From Candidatus Velthaea sp. (GTDB taxonomy: Bacteria; Vulcanimicrobiota; Vulcanimicrobiia; Vulcanimicrobiales; Vulcanimicrobiaceae), in NCBI GenBank assembly GCA_050012475.1, contig JBEKHC010000003.1, positions 41,454 through 105,453 on the forward strand: DNA of 64,000 nt. The letters are read 5' to 3'. The notes beneath the pieces are model-generated. The model saw nothing but the letters and a program-made list of their open reading frames with translations. It ran no database searches and was not told the origin of the DNA. A program made the translations under genes and the position numbers. This document shows positions 1 to 9,588 of the stretch, one piece after another (positions within the stretch are counted from its first letter, which is position 1; every line of letters begins with the position of its first letter).

Positions 1-702
1 CAGAATGCTCGACGGACCGTTCCGCGCCATAAACTGGAACGCATGACGCGGGTCGAGCGCGACAAGAACGTGCGCGTCATGGACGAGTGCGACAAGTCCG
101 CCGGCCCCGATCGCGATGAACCAGAGCAGCATGATCGGGCCGAAGACGCTTCCGATCTTCCCGGTGCCGCGCGCTTGCACGAAGAACAGTGCTCCCAGGA
201 TGGCAACCGTGGCCGGAACCACGACCGGGTGCAGGGCCCGCGTTGCGACATCAAGTCCCTCGACGGCCGAGAGCACCGAGATCGCGGGGGTAATGATGCC
301 GTCTCCGTACAGCATCGCGGCTCCGAGAAGGAGCGCAAACGCAAGCCACGGCAGGCGCTTCGAGACGCTGCTGCGGGGGATCGGAGTCAACAGCAGCGCC
401 AGCAGCGCGAGCGTGCCGCCTTCTCCTTCGTAGTCGGCCCGCAGCACGAATGTCGCATACTTCACGCAAACGACGAGAATGAGCGCCCATACGATGAGCG
501 ACAGGATGCCGAGCACGTTCTCCGCGCGAGCGGCGTAACCGGGACCCGCGACAAAACATAGCCGAAACGCGTAGAGTGGACTCGTCCCGATATCGCCGAA
601 GACGATACCCAGCGCCGCGAGCGACAGCATCGCGAGCGGCGTGACGCTTTGCCGTCGTTCGGACGACGGTATGAAGCTCGGCGCGGTCCGGATCGTTTCC
701 AT
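1..702 (-). CDS. kup: KUP/HAK/KT potassium transporter (5' part; runs off the window edge)
   Basis: Not in the ORF track. Manual translation from ATG 702 gives METIRTAP...LAALGIVFGDIGTSPLYAF...GEGGTLALLAL...GDGIITPAISVLSAVEGL, the Kup signature motifs. Confidence 0.93.
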   Translation of the reverse strand, partial: METIRTAPSFIPSSERRQSVTPLAMLSLAALGIVFGDIGTSPLYAFRLCFVAGPGYAARAENVLGILSLIVWALILVVCVKYATFVLRADYEGEGGTLALLALLLTPIPRSSVSKRLPWLAFALLLGAAMLYGDGIITPAISVLSAVEGLDVATRALHPVVVPATVAILGALFFVQARGTGKIGSVFGPIMLLWFIAIGAGGLVALVHDAHVLVALDPRHAFQFMARNGPSSIL

Positions 703-791
703 TCAGCAGCTCGGCGACGCCAAAGGCGACGGCGGCTTGCGGCGAAGCCGCAAACGCGATGGATTCGTCGAGCGTAGCCGAGGCGAATCCA

Positions 792-2525
792 CTAACGCGG
801 GATGATGCCCGGGATGAGATACTGCTCCACCGCGACGAGGATGCTGAGCAAGACCGTCAGCACGATGCTATGGACGAACGTCCGCGCGAACACGACGCCT
901 TCTTTGCCTTTCAAGTCCGTGACCGAGACGCCGGTGGTAATGTTCTGCGGCGAGATCATCTTGCCCATGACGCCGCCTGATGCATTGGTGGCCGCGAAGA
1001 GGATCGGATTGAGTTGGAGCTGATTGGCCGCGACGACTTGCAAGTTACCGAAGAGCGCATTCGCAGACGTGTCGCTGCCCGACAAAAAGCCCGCCACCCA
1101 GCCGAGGCTAACGGAAGCCAACGGGAACAGCACCCCCAGCGACGCGACGCCTTTTCCGAGCGTGTACGCCATGCCCGAGTAGTTCATCAGGTAAGCGAGA
1201 CCGATGATGAGCGCGACGGTGATCACCGCGAGCCAAACCTGTTCCAACGTCTGCTTCACACAGCGAACGAATCCGCGCGCATCGACGCCGACCACTGCCG
1301 CGGTGACGACCGCGGCGAAGAGAATCGCCGTACCCGTTGCCAGTGGCTGGAAATCCCACACCGCGGCATAGGGCTGGCCGTAAAGCGTGATAAACACGGC
1401 GTCGTTGAGGCCCGGCCAGGGGATCTTGAGGTCGCCGATGCTGAAGATTTTGAGATACGTCCAGACGATGACGACGCCGGAAACGAGGAGCCACGGTATC
1501 CAGCCTTGCCACTCGGCAACGTGCGGACCACCGCCTTGAACAACGGCAACCTCCACGGCAGGGGCTTTCATGGCGGCGATCTTGAGGTTGGCGACTTCGG
1601 GGCCCGGAGCGCTCACTGCGACGACTCTGGGGACCGGAACTTTTGCTGCGGGGCGCGGCTCGCCGAGATTGGCGTCCAGATCCGTGCGCATCGCGAACTT
1701 CGGATCGGGCGCCGGATGCCAGCGTCGCAGAAAAAGAACGGTGACGATCAAGGAAGTCAGCGATGACAACACGTCGGCCAGCCGGTAGTCCGCAAAGTTG
1801 GAAACCGCGAATTGCGTGACGGCCATGCTGCCGCCGGCGACGAGCAGCACGGGCCACAGTGCGGCGAGGGACCGTCGGCCACCGAGAATCGCGATGACGT
1901 AGAACGGCACGACGAGTGCGACGATCGGCAGTTGCCGGCCGATCATTGCGCCCAGCGTGGCGTCGGGAAGGTGGGTTACCGCCGCGAGAACGGTCACGGG
2001 CACGCCGAGCGCGCCGAATGCAACCGGAGCCGTGTCCAGGATCAGCGTATAGGTCAAGGCCTCGAGCGGCGACCAGCCCACGAGAATGAGCAGCGAACTG
2101 CAGATCGCGATCGGGGTCCCGAAGCCGGCGATGCCCTCGAGCAGAGCGCCGAAGCAGAAACCGATGACGATCAGCACGACGCGCTTGTCATTGGGCAGAT
2201 TGTGAAAGATCCAATCGCGAAAGGCATTGAAACGGCCGGAGATGACCGCGATATTGTAGAGCAGCAGGGCGCTGAAGACGATCCACATGACGGGCCAAAG
2301 CGCGAAGGTGACACCGTTGGCTGCGCTGCTCAGTGCGAGCTTGAACGGAAACCGCCACAACCAGACCGCGATGACGAACGCCGATATCAGCCCGACCAGC
2401 GAAGCCTGCCAGGCCGGCCGCCGCAGAACGCCCAGCATGATCAGCACCACCACGATCGGGAGCACGGCGACGGCGAAGGAAAGGGCTAAGTTCCCCGAGA
2501 TCGGCGTTAGCAATTGGTGAAACAC
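792..2525 (-). CDS. lctP: L-lactate permease family transporter
   Basis: Highly hydrophobic 577 aa; GFCFGALLEGIAGFGTP, FLSGSDTSANALFGNLQ and GGVMGKMISPQNI motifs. Confidence 0.93.
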   Translation of the reverse strand: MFHQLLTPISGNLALSFAVAVLPIVVVLIMLGVLRRPAWQASLVGLISAFVIAVWLWRFPFKLALSSAANGVTFALWPVMWIVFSALLLYNIAVISGRFNAFRDWIFHNLPNDKRVVLIVIGFCFGALLEGIAGFGTPIAICSSLLILVGWSPLEALTYTLILDTAPVAFGALGVPVTVLAAVTHLPDATLGAMIGRQLPIVALVVPFYVIAILGGRRSLAALWPVLLVAGGSMAVTQFAVSNFADYRLADVLSSLTSLIVTVLFLRRWHPAPDPKFAMRTDLDANLGEPRPAAKVPVPRVVAVSAPGPEVANLKIAAMKAPAVEVAVVQGGGPHVAEWQGWIPWLLVSGVVIVWTYLKIFSIGDLKIPWPGLNDAVFITLYGQPYAAVWDFQPLATGTAILFAAVVTAAVVGVDARGFVRCVKQTLEQVWLAVITVALIIGLAYLMNYSGMAYTLGKGVASLGVLFPLASVSLGWVAGFLSGSDTSANALFGNLQVVAANQLQLNPILFAATNASGGVMGKMISPQNITTGVSVTDLKGKEGVVFARTFVHSIVLTVLLSILVAVEQYLIPGIIPR

Positions 2526-2605
2526 GAGGGGATCCTCCGTCGCGACAGCGCGAACAGGAAGCGGCGACGCGCCTCAGGCCGCAAGTTGGGCGTCGAAAAT
2601 GACAT

Positions 2606-5560
2606 TCACCGTCCGAGTGTTGGAGCGGCCTGACGATCGGGTCGCGCCGATGTCGTTTCATCCACGAGATAGACGATCGACTCGAACGGGAACGCGAGGT
2701 GATCGCTGAGCACGGTCTCGCAGGTTTTTCCAAATGAATACGCGCCGTCGAAGGAGCGTCCCGAGAGCTCCGTTTTCTCGTCACGCAACGCCGAGGCAGC
2801 CCCTTCCGGGTAGCGGAAGCCGCGGTCGCCGCCGGCGCCGCAACAGCCGGCGCTCGACGGGATCCAGCTTTCTCTCGCGCAGGCCCTGCCGATCGCGTCG
2901 ATCTTGTCATCGACACCGAGTTGCCGACACGCGCAGGTGGGATGCATGAGCACCGACCCCTTCGGCGTGGTAACGTTCAAGCGGGGAAGCACATCGTCGT
3001 GGAGCCACCCGGCCATGCCGCGAATCGTGAGCTTCGCGTATTTCGCCTGATTCGCGCTGGAAAGAAGCCGCGGGCGAGCGCCCCACATCTGCGTTTCCAT
3101 CTCGACCAGCAGCGTCCGTGCGCACGAACTGACGTCGCACACGATCGGCAGTCGTCCGCCGTCGCTCCACGAATACATCGCCTCAATGACCCGATTCGCC
3201 ATCACTTCCTGTGCCTCGGGAAATCCCTGATGGGCGAAGAGCTGCGAGCAACACAGACCGATCGAATCTTTGGGCAAATACATCGTGATGCCGGCGCGTT
3301 CGGCGATCCGCAGAACGGTCTGCATCACGCTGTCCTTGCCGCGTGTCGACGAGCCCATGATCCGCGTGATGCACGCGGGGAAGTAGACGATATCGGGATT
3401 CGCGGGTTTCGTCGATGGTCGCGCCGGTGCCCGGCCCAGATTCCCCGACCACTGCGGGAACCCGGGCAGAACGCCGCCCAGAGCCGCCGTGACCCACGGC
3501 ATCGTGCCGCTGCCGAAGGTCTTTTGCACGGCCGCGCCGCTGTCGAGTGTCAATCGGGCCGTTTCTTCGAGCAGGAAAAAGTTTGTCGCGGCGGCGGCCA
3601 TCAGTTTTCGGGCGGCCTTGGGGATGGCTTCCGCTCGATCGTAGTCGGTGAGGTACGCCGTGCTGATGCCGACCGGGCAGACCGTCTGGCACATGCCGTC
3701 GGCGATACACGTTTCGCGCCCCTCGTGCGCATACTGACGCGAGAGCGTTTGCGCGCGGTCATGCTCGCCGGCTTCTTCGAGGGAAAGCCGAACGCGGTGC
3801 GCTTGGATCCGCCCGCGCGGCGTCAGCGTCGAGTAGCGCGTGGGGCACACCCACTCACAGTAGCCGCATTCGATGCAGCGGTCGACGACCGGATCGCCGA
3901 GCAGCGGCATGCCCTTGATATGCTCGAGATGCACGTTCGGATCGTCGTTGATCATCACGCCCGGATTCATGAGGTTTGCGGGATCGATCAGCACCTTGAG
4001 CCGCTGCATGACGCCATAGGCTTGCGGCCCCCATTCCGTCTTGATGAACGGAGCCATCGCACGACCCGTGCCGTGCTCGGCCTTGAGCGAACCGTCAAAG
4101 GTGAGCACGAGCTCGACGACGTCGTTCATGAAGCGGCCGAAATGCGCGACGCGTGCGCCGTCCCCCATGTCGTCGGTAACCAAGAAGTGGATGTTGCCGA
4201 CGCTGGCATGGCCGAAGATCGACCCCTCGTAGGCATACTTCTCGAAGAGTCGTTGCAGACCGAGGATCAGTTTGTCCAGGCTTTCGACCGCGACCGCGAC
4301 GTCTTCCAAAATAACGGTCGTGCCCGGTTTGCGCGCTCCGCCGACGCTGGCGAAGATGCCGTCGCGCACCGTCCAAAGCAGCGCGCGTTCCTTCATCGAT
4401 GTACTGAACGGCAGTTGGGCAAGCAGCCGCAGCAGCGCAATGGTCCGTGCGGCTTCGGCCTGCGCGGCCGCGAGCGCGGCGACGTCCGCTCCATGGTAGT
4501 CGATGAGCAGCGCCGCAGCTCCATCCGGCAACGAACCCACGATCCCGGGTACGCCGGGGCGGCCGATCACCGAACGCAAAGACGCGATGTCCATCAGCTC
4601 GATCGCCGCGGCGCCGCTTTTCACCAGCGCCGGCACAGCGGCCGCCGCATCGGCCACGTTGTGAAAGAAGAGCAGCGAGCTGGATTGCTGGACGTCGATC
4701 GGCACCGTGAAGAGCACGGCCGACGCGATATACGCTAACGTTCCTTCCGAACCGATCAACAGGTGCGCCAAGATGTCGATCGGTTCGTCGTGGTCGAGAA
4801 ACGAGTTGATGGCGTAGCCCGAGACATTCTTGATTTCGTATTTGCGCGCGATACGCGCGCAAAGCGCGCCATCGGCACGCACCTCATCGCGTAGTGCTGC
4901 CAGCCCCCGGTAGATATCCGGGTCGCAGGCCGCGAAGCGCGCACGATCCTCCGGCTTCGCAGTATCGTAGCGGTTGCCGTTCGGCAGCACGAAATCGATC
5001 GAGGCCAGCGTATTATAGGCGTTGAACTTCGTCCCGGCTTGCATCCCGCTCGAGTTGTTGGCGAGCACGCCGCCCATCATCGCGACCTGGCTCGAAGCCG
5101 GATCGGGGCCGATTTTCTTTCCCGCGGGCTTGAGCATCGCATTGAGGTGGAGCACGGTCAACCCCGGTTCAAACCACACTTTGCTCGCGTCATCGCGCAA
5201 CTCGCTCGCCCGAAAGGCAAACCGCTGATCCGCAATGATCCCCGTCCCCACCGTCTGACCCGAGAGCGAACTGCCGCCGGCCCGTAACGTGATCGGCACG
5301 TTCTGCGCTCTGCCGATTCGCAGCAAGCTTTGCACGTCTGCCGCCGACGCGACGCGCACCACTGCTTGCGGAAGATATTCAAAGTACGATCCATCACGGC
5401 CGTACACGGCGCGATAGATCTCATCGAACTTGAGCGCTTCGGCGGGAAACGCAGCCTCTAATGCCGCCCGTAATTCGACCTTGACCACGGACTCGGACAA
5501 CGTCTCGCGCAGCGTCGAACCTTCGAAGGCGATTGGCGCAACAGCCATGGTGTTCCTCAT
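2606..5560 (-). CDS. FAD-binding and Fe-S oxidoreductase, probable quinone-dependent D-lactate dehydrogenase (Dld-II type)
   Basis: PCMH FAD domain (RAGGSSLSGQ, GPDPAS), KAEHGTGR, two 4Fe-4S motifs (CIECGYCEWVCP, CIADGMCQTVCP), C-terminal CCG domains; lies upstream of the lactate permease. Confidence 0.85.
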   Translation of the reverse strand: MRNTMAVAPIAFEGSTLRETLSESVVKVELRAALEAAFPAEALKFDEIYRAVYGRDGSYFEYLPQAVVRVASAADVQSLLRIGRAQNVPITLRAGGSSLSGQTVGTGIIADQRFAFRASELRDDASKVWFEPGLTVLHLNAMLKPAGKKIGPDPASSQVAMMGGVLANNSSGMQAGTKFNAYNTLASIDFVLPNGNRYDTAKPEDRARFAACDPDIYRGLAALRDEVRADGALCARIARKYEIKNVSGYAINSFLDHDEPIDILAHLLIGSEGTLAYIASAVLFTVPIDVQQSSSLLFFHNVADAAAAVPALVKSGAAAIELMDIASLRSVIGRPGVPGIVGSLPDGAAALLIDYHGADVAALAAAQAEAARTIALLRLLAQLPFSTSMKERALLWTVRDGIFASVGGARKPGTTVILEDVAVAVESLDKLILGLQRLFEKYAYEGSIFGHASVGNIHFLVTDDMGDGARVAHFGRFMNDVVELVLTFDGSLKAEHGTGRAMAPFIKTEWGPQAYGVMQRLKVLIDPANLMNPGVMINDDPNVHLEHIKGMPLLGDPVVDRCIECGYCEWVCPTRYSTLTPRGRIQAHRVRLSLEEAGEHDRAQTLSRQYAHEGRETCIADGMCQTVCPVGISTAYLTDYDRAEAIPKAARKLMAAAATNFFLLEETARLTLDSGAAVQKTFGSGTMPWVTAALGGVLPGFPQWSGNLGRAPARPSTKPANPDIVYFPACITRIMGSSTRGKDSVMQTVLRIAERAGITMYLPKDSIGLCCSQLFAHQGFPEAQEVMANRVIEAMYSWSDGGRLPIVCDVSSCARTLLVEMETQMWGARPRLLSSANQAKYAKLTIRGMAGWLHDDVLPRLNVTTPKGSVLMHPTCACRQLGVDDKIDAIGRACARESWIPSSAGCCGAGGDRGFRYPEGAASALRDEKTELSGRSFDGAYSFGKTCETVLSDHLAFPFESIVYLVDETTSARPDRQAAPTLGR

Positions 5561-5928
5561 TATTGCTGCGAGTGTTCTTCGTCCCAGAAACTAGGGCTAT
5601 CGAAAAAGAGGGCAGTTATTCGTCCTTCGCGGTCTTCCGCAAGGAACGTCTGACGCAGGACACCGCAGTCGCCACGTTTCGAGCGTGCGCACCCGGCCCA
5701 GCCTGCACGCGACAAACCCGCGCATCCCTTTGCGAAGCGATCGTGTTCGCGCGTCCTTCCCAAAAAGCGGCGCGATTGAACTCATCGCCCAACATACACG
5801 CTTGGGAGCGGACCAGCCATAGCGAAACGGGGGATAGCCAAAACGCGGAAGCAGCGCTTCGTTGGCGACGCCGCCCAGTCGCCCGCAAGACTGCAAGGTG
5901 GAGCGCGAGGGACGGAACCGAACGAAGT

Positions 5929-5973
5929 ATCCCTCTTTTCACTATGGCTGCTGCCGACCCAGGCTAGTATGGT
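5929..5973 (+). promoter_or_regulatory. Regulon promoter copy 1 (TTCACTAT box, -10 TATGGT)
   Basis: atccctctt-TTCACT-24 nt-TATGGT (5968-5973), upstream of the ORF at 6021. Confidence 0.55.
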
Positions 5974-6020
5974 AGCCAGAGAACAGCGTGGCGTTCAGCC
6001 GGGAGGGACGAAGTTCGGAA

Positions 6021-6407
6021 ATGAAGCGCGTAAAGGTCCATACACGCCTGGAGATCGAGCGCGCGCTTCGGGAGCGTATGGTCCCGTGTACGGACAACCG
6101 TGAGGCCCTCGTTGAACTCGGGTTCATGCCGGCGTATCCGCACCTCGCGCACGATGTCTACTACGGCACTCTTTGGACGCGCGCAGTCGATGCGAACAAC
6201 GATCCGGCCGTCCCGCCGCGCCCGAATGCGAAAATGCTCGTCGTGGAGCGAGCCGTTCACATTGCTGCAAAGCGCCGCACCCACCGCATCCGCTTACGAC
6301 GCGCCGGACGTTGCCTGGCCGTCACGACGCGCAACCGCGCCTATTGCCCCTTACCTGCACGCCGCCTTGTCGGCCTCGTCGTTCGTGAGCGTGACCCCGG
6401 GCCGTGA
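6021..6407 (+). CDS. Hypothetical protein
   Basis: ATG 6021 after GGGAGG, preceded by a regulon promoter; no recognisable domain. Confidence 0.45.
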   Translation: MKRVKVHTRLEIERALRERMVPCTDNREALVELGFMPAYPHLAHDVYYGTLWTRAVDANNDPAVPPRPNAKMLVVERAVHIAAKRRTHRIRLRRAGRCLAVTTRNRAYCPLPARRLVGLVVRERDPGP

Positions 6408-6417
6408 CGACGGCCTT

Positions 6418-7416
6418 TTAGGGTTCGAGCGCGAGGATGTGAATGCGGCCGAACGCGTCGCCCACGACGATCATCCGGTCATTCGCAAGGGTGCAGCACT
6501 GCGCGGACGCGGCGCAAAAGAATGTCGCGATCGTTGCGCCGCTCGCGAGTTCCCAGACTTTGACGGTTTGGTCCGCGGATGCGGAGACCACGCGCCGCCC
6601 GTCGGAGGTGAGCGCGACCGAAGAAACCGCGGCGGAGTGACCTTCGAGCGTCCGCAGCGCGCGGCCGCTTTCGAGGTCCCAGACCTTAACGGTCTGATCG
6701 GCGGAAGCGGAGACGGCGTGCCGTCCCTCCGGTGTAACCACGACGGCGTTGACGAGGCCCAGATGTCCGCGCAGCGTGCGCAGCTCGCGACCGCTTTCGA
6801 GTTCCCACACCTTGAGCGTCTCGTCATAGGAAGCGGAAACGGCACGCCAGCCGTCCGGCGTAACCGCGACGGCCCAGACCGACCGGGTGTGACCGCGAAG
6901 GGTCTGCACGATACGGCCGCTGTCGAGTTCCCACACCTTGAGCGTTTCGTCGGCCGAGGCCGAGATGGCGCGCCGGCCGTCAGGCGTGACGGCTACCGCC
7001 TTGACGACGTCGGCGTGGCCCGCAAACGTTCGCGTCTCCAGGCCGCTGTCGAGCTCCCATGCTTTGAGCGTGTAGTCCCACGATGCCGACACCGCGCTCT
7101 TTCCGTTCGGCGTTAGCGCGACGGCATCGACGGGGCGAGCATGTCCTTGGAGGGTCCGCAATTCCTGACCGCTTTCGATATCCCACAACTTGAGCGTGTG
7201 ATCCCAAGAGGCGGAAACGGCGCGGCGGCCATCCGGCGTTACCGCCACGGCATCAACCCGGCCGGCGTGACCTTGAAGAACTCGCGATCCGCGAGCATCG
7301 GCGGCGCGTCGATCGTCAGGGCCTGCATAAAACTCCGCCCCGTAGCCCGCCAGCGCCCGAAGCAAAGGAACGTTCCCCGGAATCCCCGGTGCAGCCCCGA
7401 TCTCACTCATTTCCAT
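6418..7416 (-). CDS. WD40-repeat beta-propeller protein
   Basis: About seven 42-aa repeats of the form LxGHxxxVxAVAVTPDGRRAVSASxDxTLKVWxLESG; AAGGAG RBS. Confidence 0.92.
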   Translation of the reverse strand: MEMSEIGAAPGIPGNVPLLRALAGYGAEFYAGPDDRRAADARGSRVLQGHAGRVDAVAVTPDGRRAVSASWDHTLKLWDIESGQELRTLQGHARPVDAVALTPNGKSAVSASWDYTLKAWELDSGLETRTFAGHADVVKAVAVTPDGRRAISASADETLKVWELDSGRIVQTLRGHTRSVWAVAVTPDGWRAVSASYDETLKVWELESGRELRTLRGHLGLVNAVVVTPEGRHAVSASADQTVKVWDLESGRALRTLEGHSAAVSSVALTSDGRRVVSASADQTVKVWELASGATIATFFCAASAQCCTLANDRMIVVGDAFGRIHILALEP

Positions 7417-7789
7417 CGCTTCTCCTTTTTGCTGTGCGATAAACGCAACGGCGCTGCTACGACACCTTCGCTAACATCAATGCGATCGGGGCTGCTCCGA
7501 TTTAGCCCTGGACGTCGTCGCTACGCGGCTCATTTGCTGAAGCAAACTTCGCCGCTGTGCTCCTCGCCAGGACGACTACTGTTCATGCGGCATTGTATGA
7601 CAACGACAAATATATCACGATTGTACTCCAAACGTTATCCGCGCGCAGTTACTTTGATCCATCTCGGCGCGCCGGCAATCCGACGCGAGCACGAGCCGTT
7701 CTTTGGTCTACGCACGTTTCATCGTTGCGCCGCAGCGCGCGATAAGCACACCGCTCAGAGCCCGTACCGCGATAAACCAGCTCGTACAT

Positions 7790-7834
7790 TCCATGTTTTT
7801 CACGGTACCGCAGATGGCAAGCGTGCGCTAGAAT
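7790..7834 (+). promoter_or_regulatory. Regulon promoter copy 2 (TTCACGGT box, -10 TAGAAT)
   Basis: tccatgttt-TTCACG-24 nt-TAGAAT (7829-7834). Confidence 0.65.
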
Positions 7835-7983
7835 AGGTATGCTCCGCTCAATCTCTCGGCTCGACCGATTCTTTGAAAGCGGACTTCGCTGACTCGTCGA
7901 CTTCCAGCCCGCAATGGGCTCATTTCGAGCTATCAGCAGTGCCTATCGCGAAATTCACCGCGACCAACAAACAAAGGACATTC

Positions 7984-8226
7984 ATGGAAACAAAAAGCGA
8001 ACTCACGAAAGTCATCGACAAGGTCACCGAGACCGCCGACAACGTCAAAGGCGCGGCGACCGAATTCGTTCATCGGGCAGCCGCGGAGGCCGAGCAGGAA
8101 AAGCGCATTCTGGCCGGAGACACCATGACGACCGATGCAAAGGCAAGCTCGATGCTCAACGAAGCAAAACAGACGGCGCAAGGCGACGTCGAAGCGATGA
8201 AGCGCACCGAGCGCAACAAGGCGTAA
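7984..8226 (+). CDS. Small hydrophilic helical protein (stress/LEA-like composition)
   Basis: AAAGGA RBS, ATG 7984; 80 aa rich in K/E/A/T (METKSELTKVIDKVTETADNVKGAATEF...). Confidence 0.75.
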   Translation: METKSELTKVIDKVTETADNVKGAATEFVHRAAAEAEQEKRILAGDTMTTDAKASSMLNEAKQTAQGDVEAMKRTERNKA

Positions 8227-8239
8227 CTTTCCAGCAGTC

Positions 8240-8265
8240 GCAGAGGGCGCTCGAACGCTCTCTGC
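8240..8265. terminator. Hairpin between convergent genes
   Basis: GCAGAGGGCG-CTCGAA-CGCTCTCTGC inverted repeat. Confidence 0.45.
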
Positions 8266-8339
8266 AACTGCTCCGGCTTGGATTGACGACGGTTCACTCA
8301 GAAGTAGTTCCGGCGCGGTTCGAGATTTCGGCCGCATCG

Positions 8340-9584
8340 TTAGGCCCCGGATGACGCGGCCGAAGCTGCGGGCACGCCGTCGCCTTCCTCGTCGGACGAC
8401 GCGAAGATCGTCGCAAACGTGTGGCGTGCAACCATCAGGTTCTCGTTCGCGGCGATCACGCGCACGACGACGTGCGCGCTGTCATCCGAGATGATCCCCT
8501 CGCCGGCGGCGTTGCGGATCGAATCGAGATCGATCCCGAGATTGCTCAGGTTCGCGCAGATCTCGCTCCGAATCGCGGCCGAGCCTTCACCGATCCCACC
8601 GGTGAAGACAAGGGTGTCGAGCCCGCCCAACACGGCGACGAGTGCGCCGACATGCTTCTTGGCCTGGTAGACGAAAAGTTCGACGGCTTCCGCTGCGGCG
8701 ACGTCGGTCGCGCGCCGCGCCAAGAGCGTCCGCATATCCGCGCTAATTTGCGAAACGCCGAGCAGACCGCTGTGCTCGGTCAGCACGGTGTCCAGTTCTG
8801 CGGGCGTGTAGCGTCCGGCGCGCAAGAGGTACAACAGCGCACCCGGATCGAGATCGCCCGGTCGCGTCCCCATCATGAGCCCGCCCAGCGGGCTGAAGCC
8901 CATCGTGGTATCCACCGGCTTCCCGTTGCGCATCGCAGCCAGGCTGGCGCCGCTGCCGAGGTGCGCAACGATCATCAAACCACGCGTGCCTGCATTCCCG
9001 AGTTCGCGGACGATCGACTCGTACGACAGACCGTGGAAGCCATACCGGCGCACGCCTTCCGAGCGCAGCTCGCGCGGCAGCGGCAGACGCTGCGCTACCA
9101 TCGGCATGCGATGATGGAAGGCCGTGTCGAAGCACACCACCTGCGGCGTTCCCGGTAGCGCGGTTTCGATCTCGCTGATCGCAGCGAGGGCCGCGGCCAA
9201 ATGGAGCGGATCGAACGGTACGAGCGAGGCAAGACTCGTCATCAGCTCGGCGGTGACAGCCGCCGGCTCCGTATGCTGCGGTCCGCCGTACACCACGCGG
9301 TGGCCAACCCCGTCGATGGAAATACCAAGCTCGGACAGCAGCCCGAACAGCGCAGCAATCGGCGTCGCCGCGCCCAACGGGCGCCGCGACTCGCGTGGTT
9401 GAGGACCGCGCCGGTCACGAATGCGTAACTCGGCCCCGGGCCCTCCGATGCGCTCGATACCGCCTTCAACCACGAGCTGCTCGCACGACGCTCCCAAGTC
9501 ATACACTGCGACCTTGAGTGTTGCCGAGCCGCAGTCGACGCCCAAGATGCGGCGCCGATCTGTTTGCGCGCTTGTTCCGGTCAT
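8340..9584 (-). CDS. ackA: Acetate/propionate kinase
   Basis: DCGSATLK, GHRVVYGG, FDTAFH, RRYGFHGLSY, HLGSGAS, DTTMGFSPLGGLMMGTRPGDLDPG, FTGGIGE. Confidence 0.93.
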   Translation of the reverse strand: MTGTSAQTDRRRILGVDCGSATLKVAVYDLGASCEQLVVEGGIERIGGPGAELRIRDRRGPQPRESRRPLGAATPIAALFGLLSELGISIDGVGHRVVYGGPQHTEPAAVTAELMTSLASLVPFDPLHLAAALAAISEIETALPGTPQVVCFDTAFHHRMPMVAQRLPLPRELRSEGVRRYGFHGLSYESIVRELGNAGTRGLMIVAHLGSGASLAAMRNGKPVDTTMGFSPLGGLMMGTRPGDLDPGALLYLLRAGRYTPAELDTVLTEHSGLLGVSQISADMRTLLARRATDVAAAEAVELFVYQAKKHVGALVAVLGGLDTLVFTGGIGEGSAAIRSEICANLSNLGIDLDSIRNAAGEGIISDDSAHVVVRVIAANENLMVARHTFATIFASSDEEGDGVPAASAASSGA

Positions 9585-9588
9585 GCCG

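Noticed and set aside
43..561. Plus-strand ORFs at the window start
   Set aside because: Shadow frames of the minus-strand kup gene.
2921..4738. 605-aa plus-strand ORF, and similar long antisense ORFs such as 37738-39858, 43104-44450 and 48089-49627
   Set aside because: Antisense shadows of well-supported genes, common in high-GC DNA; no motifs.
5945..5980. TGGCTGC...GTAGCCA hairpin resembling the 3' part of a c-di-GMP-I riboswitch
   Set aside because: The GGCAAA, GAAA tetraloop and GCAAAG core is missing; the segment is better explained as a promoter.
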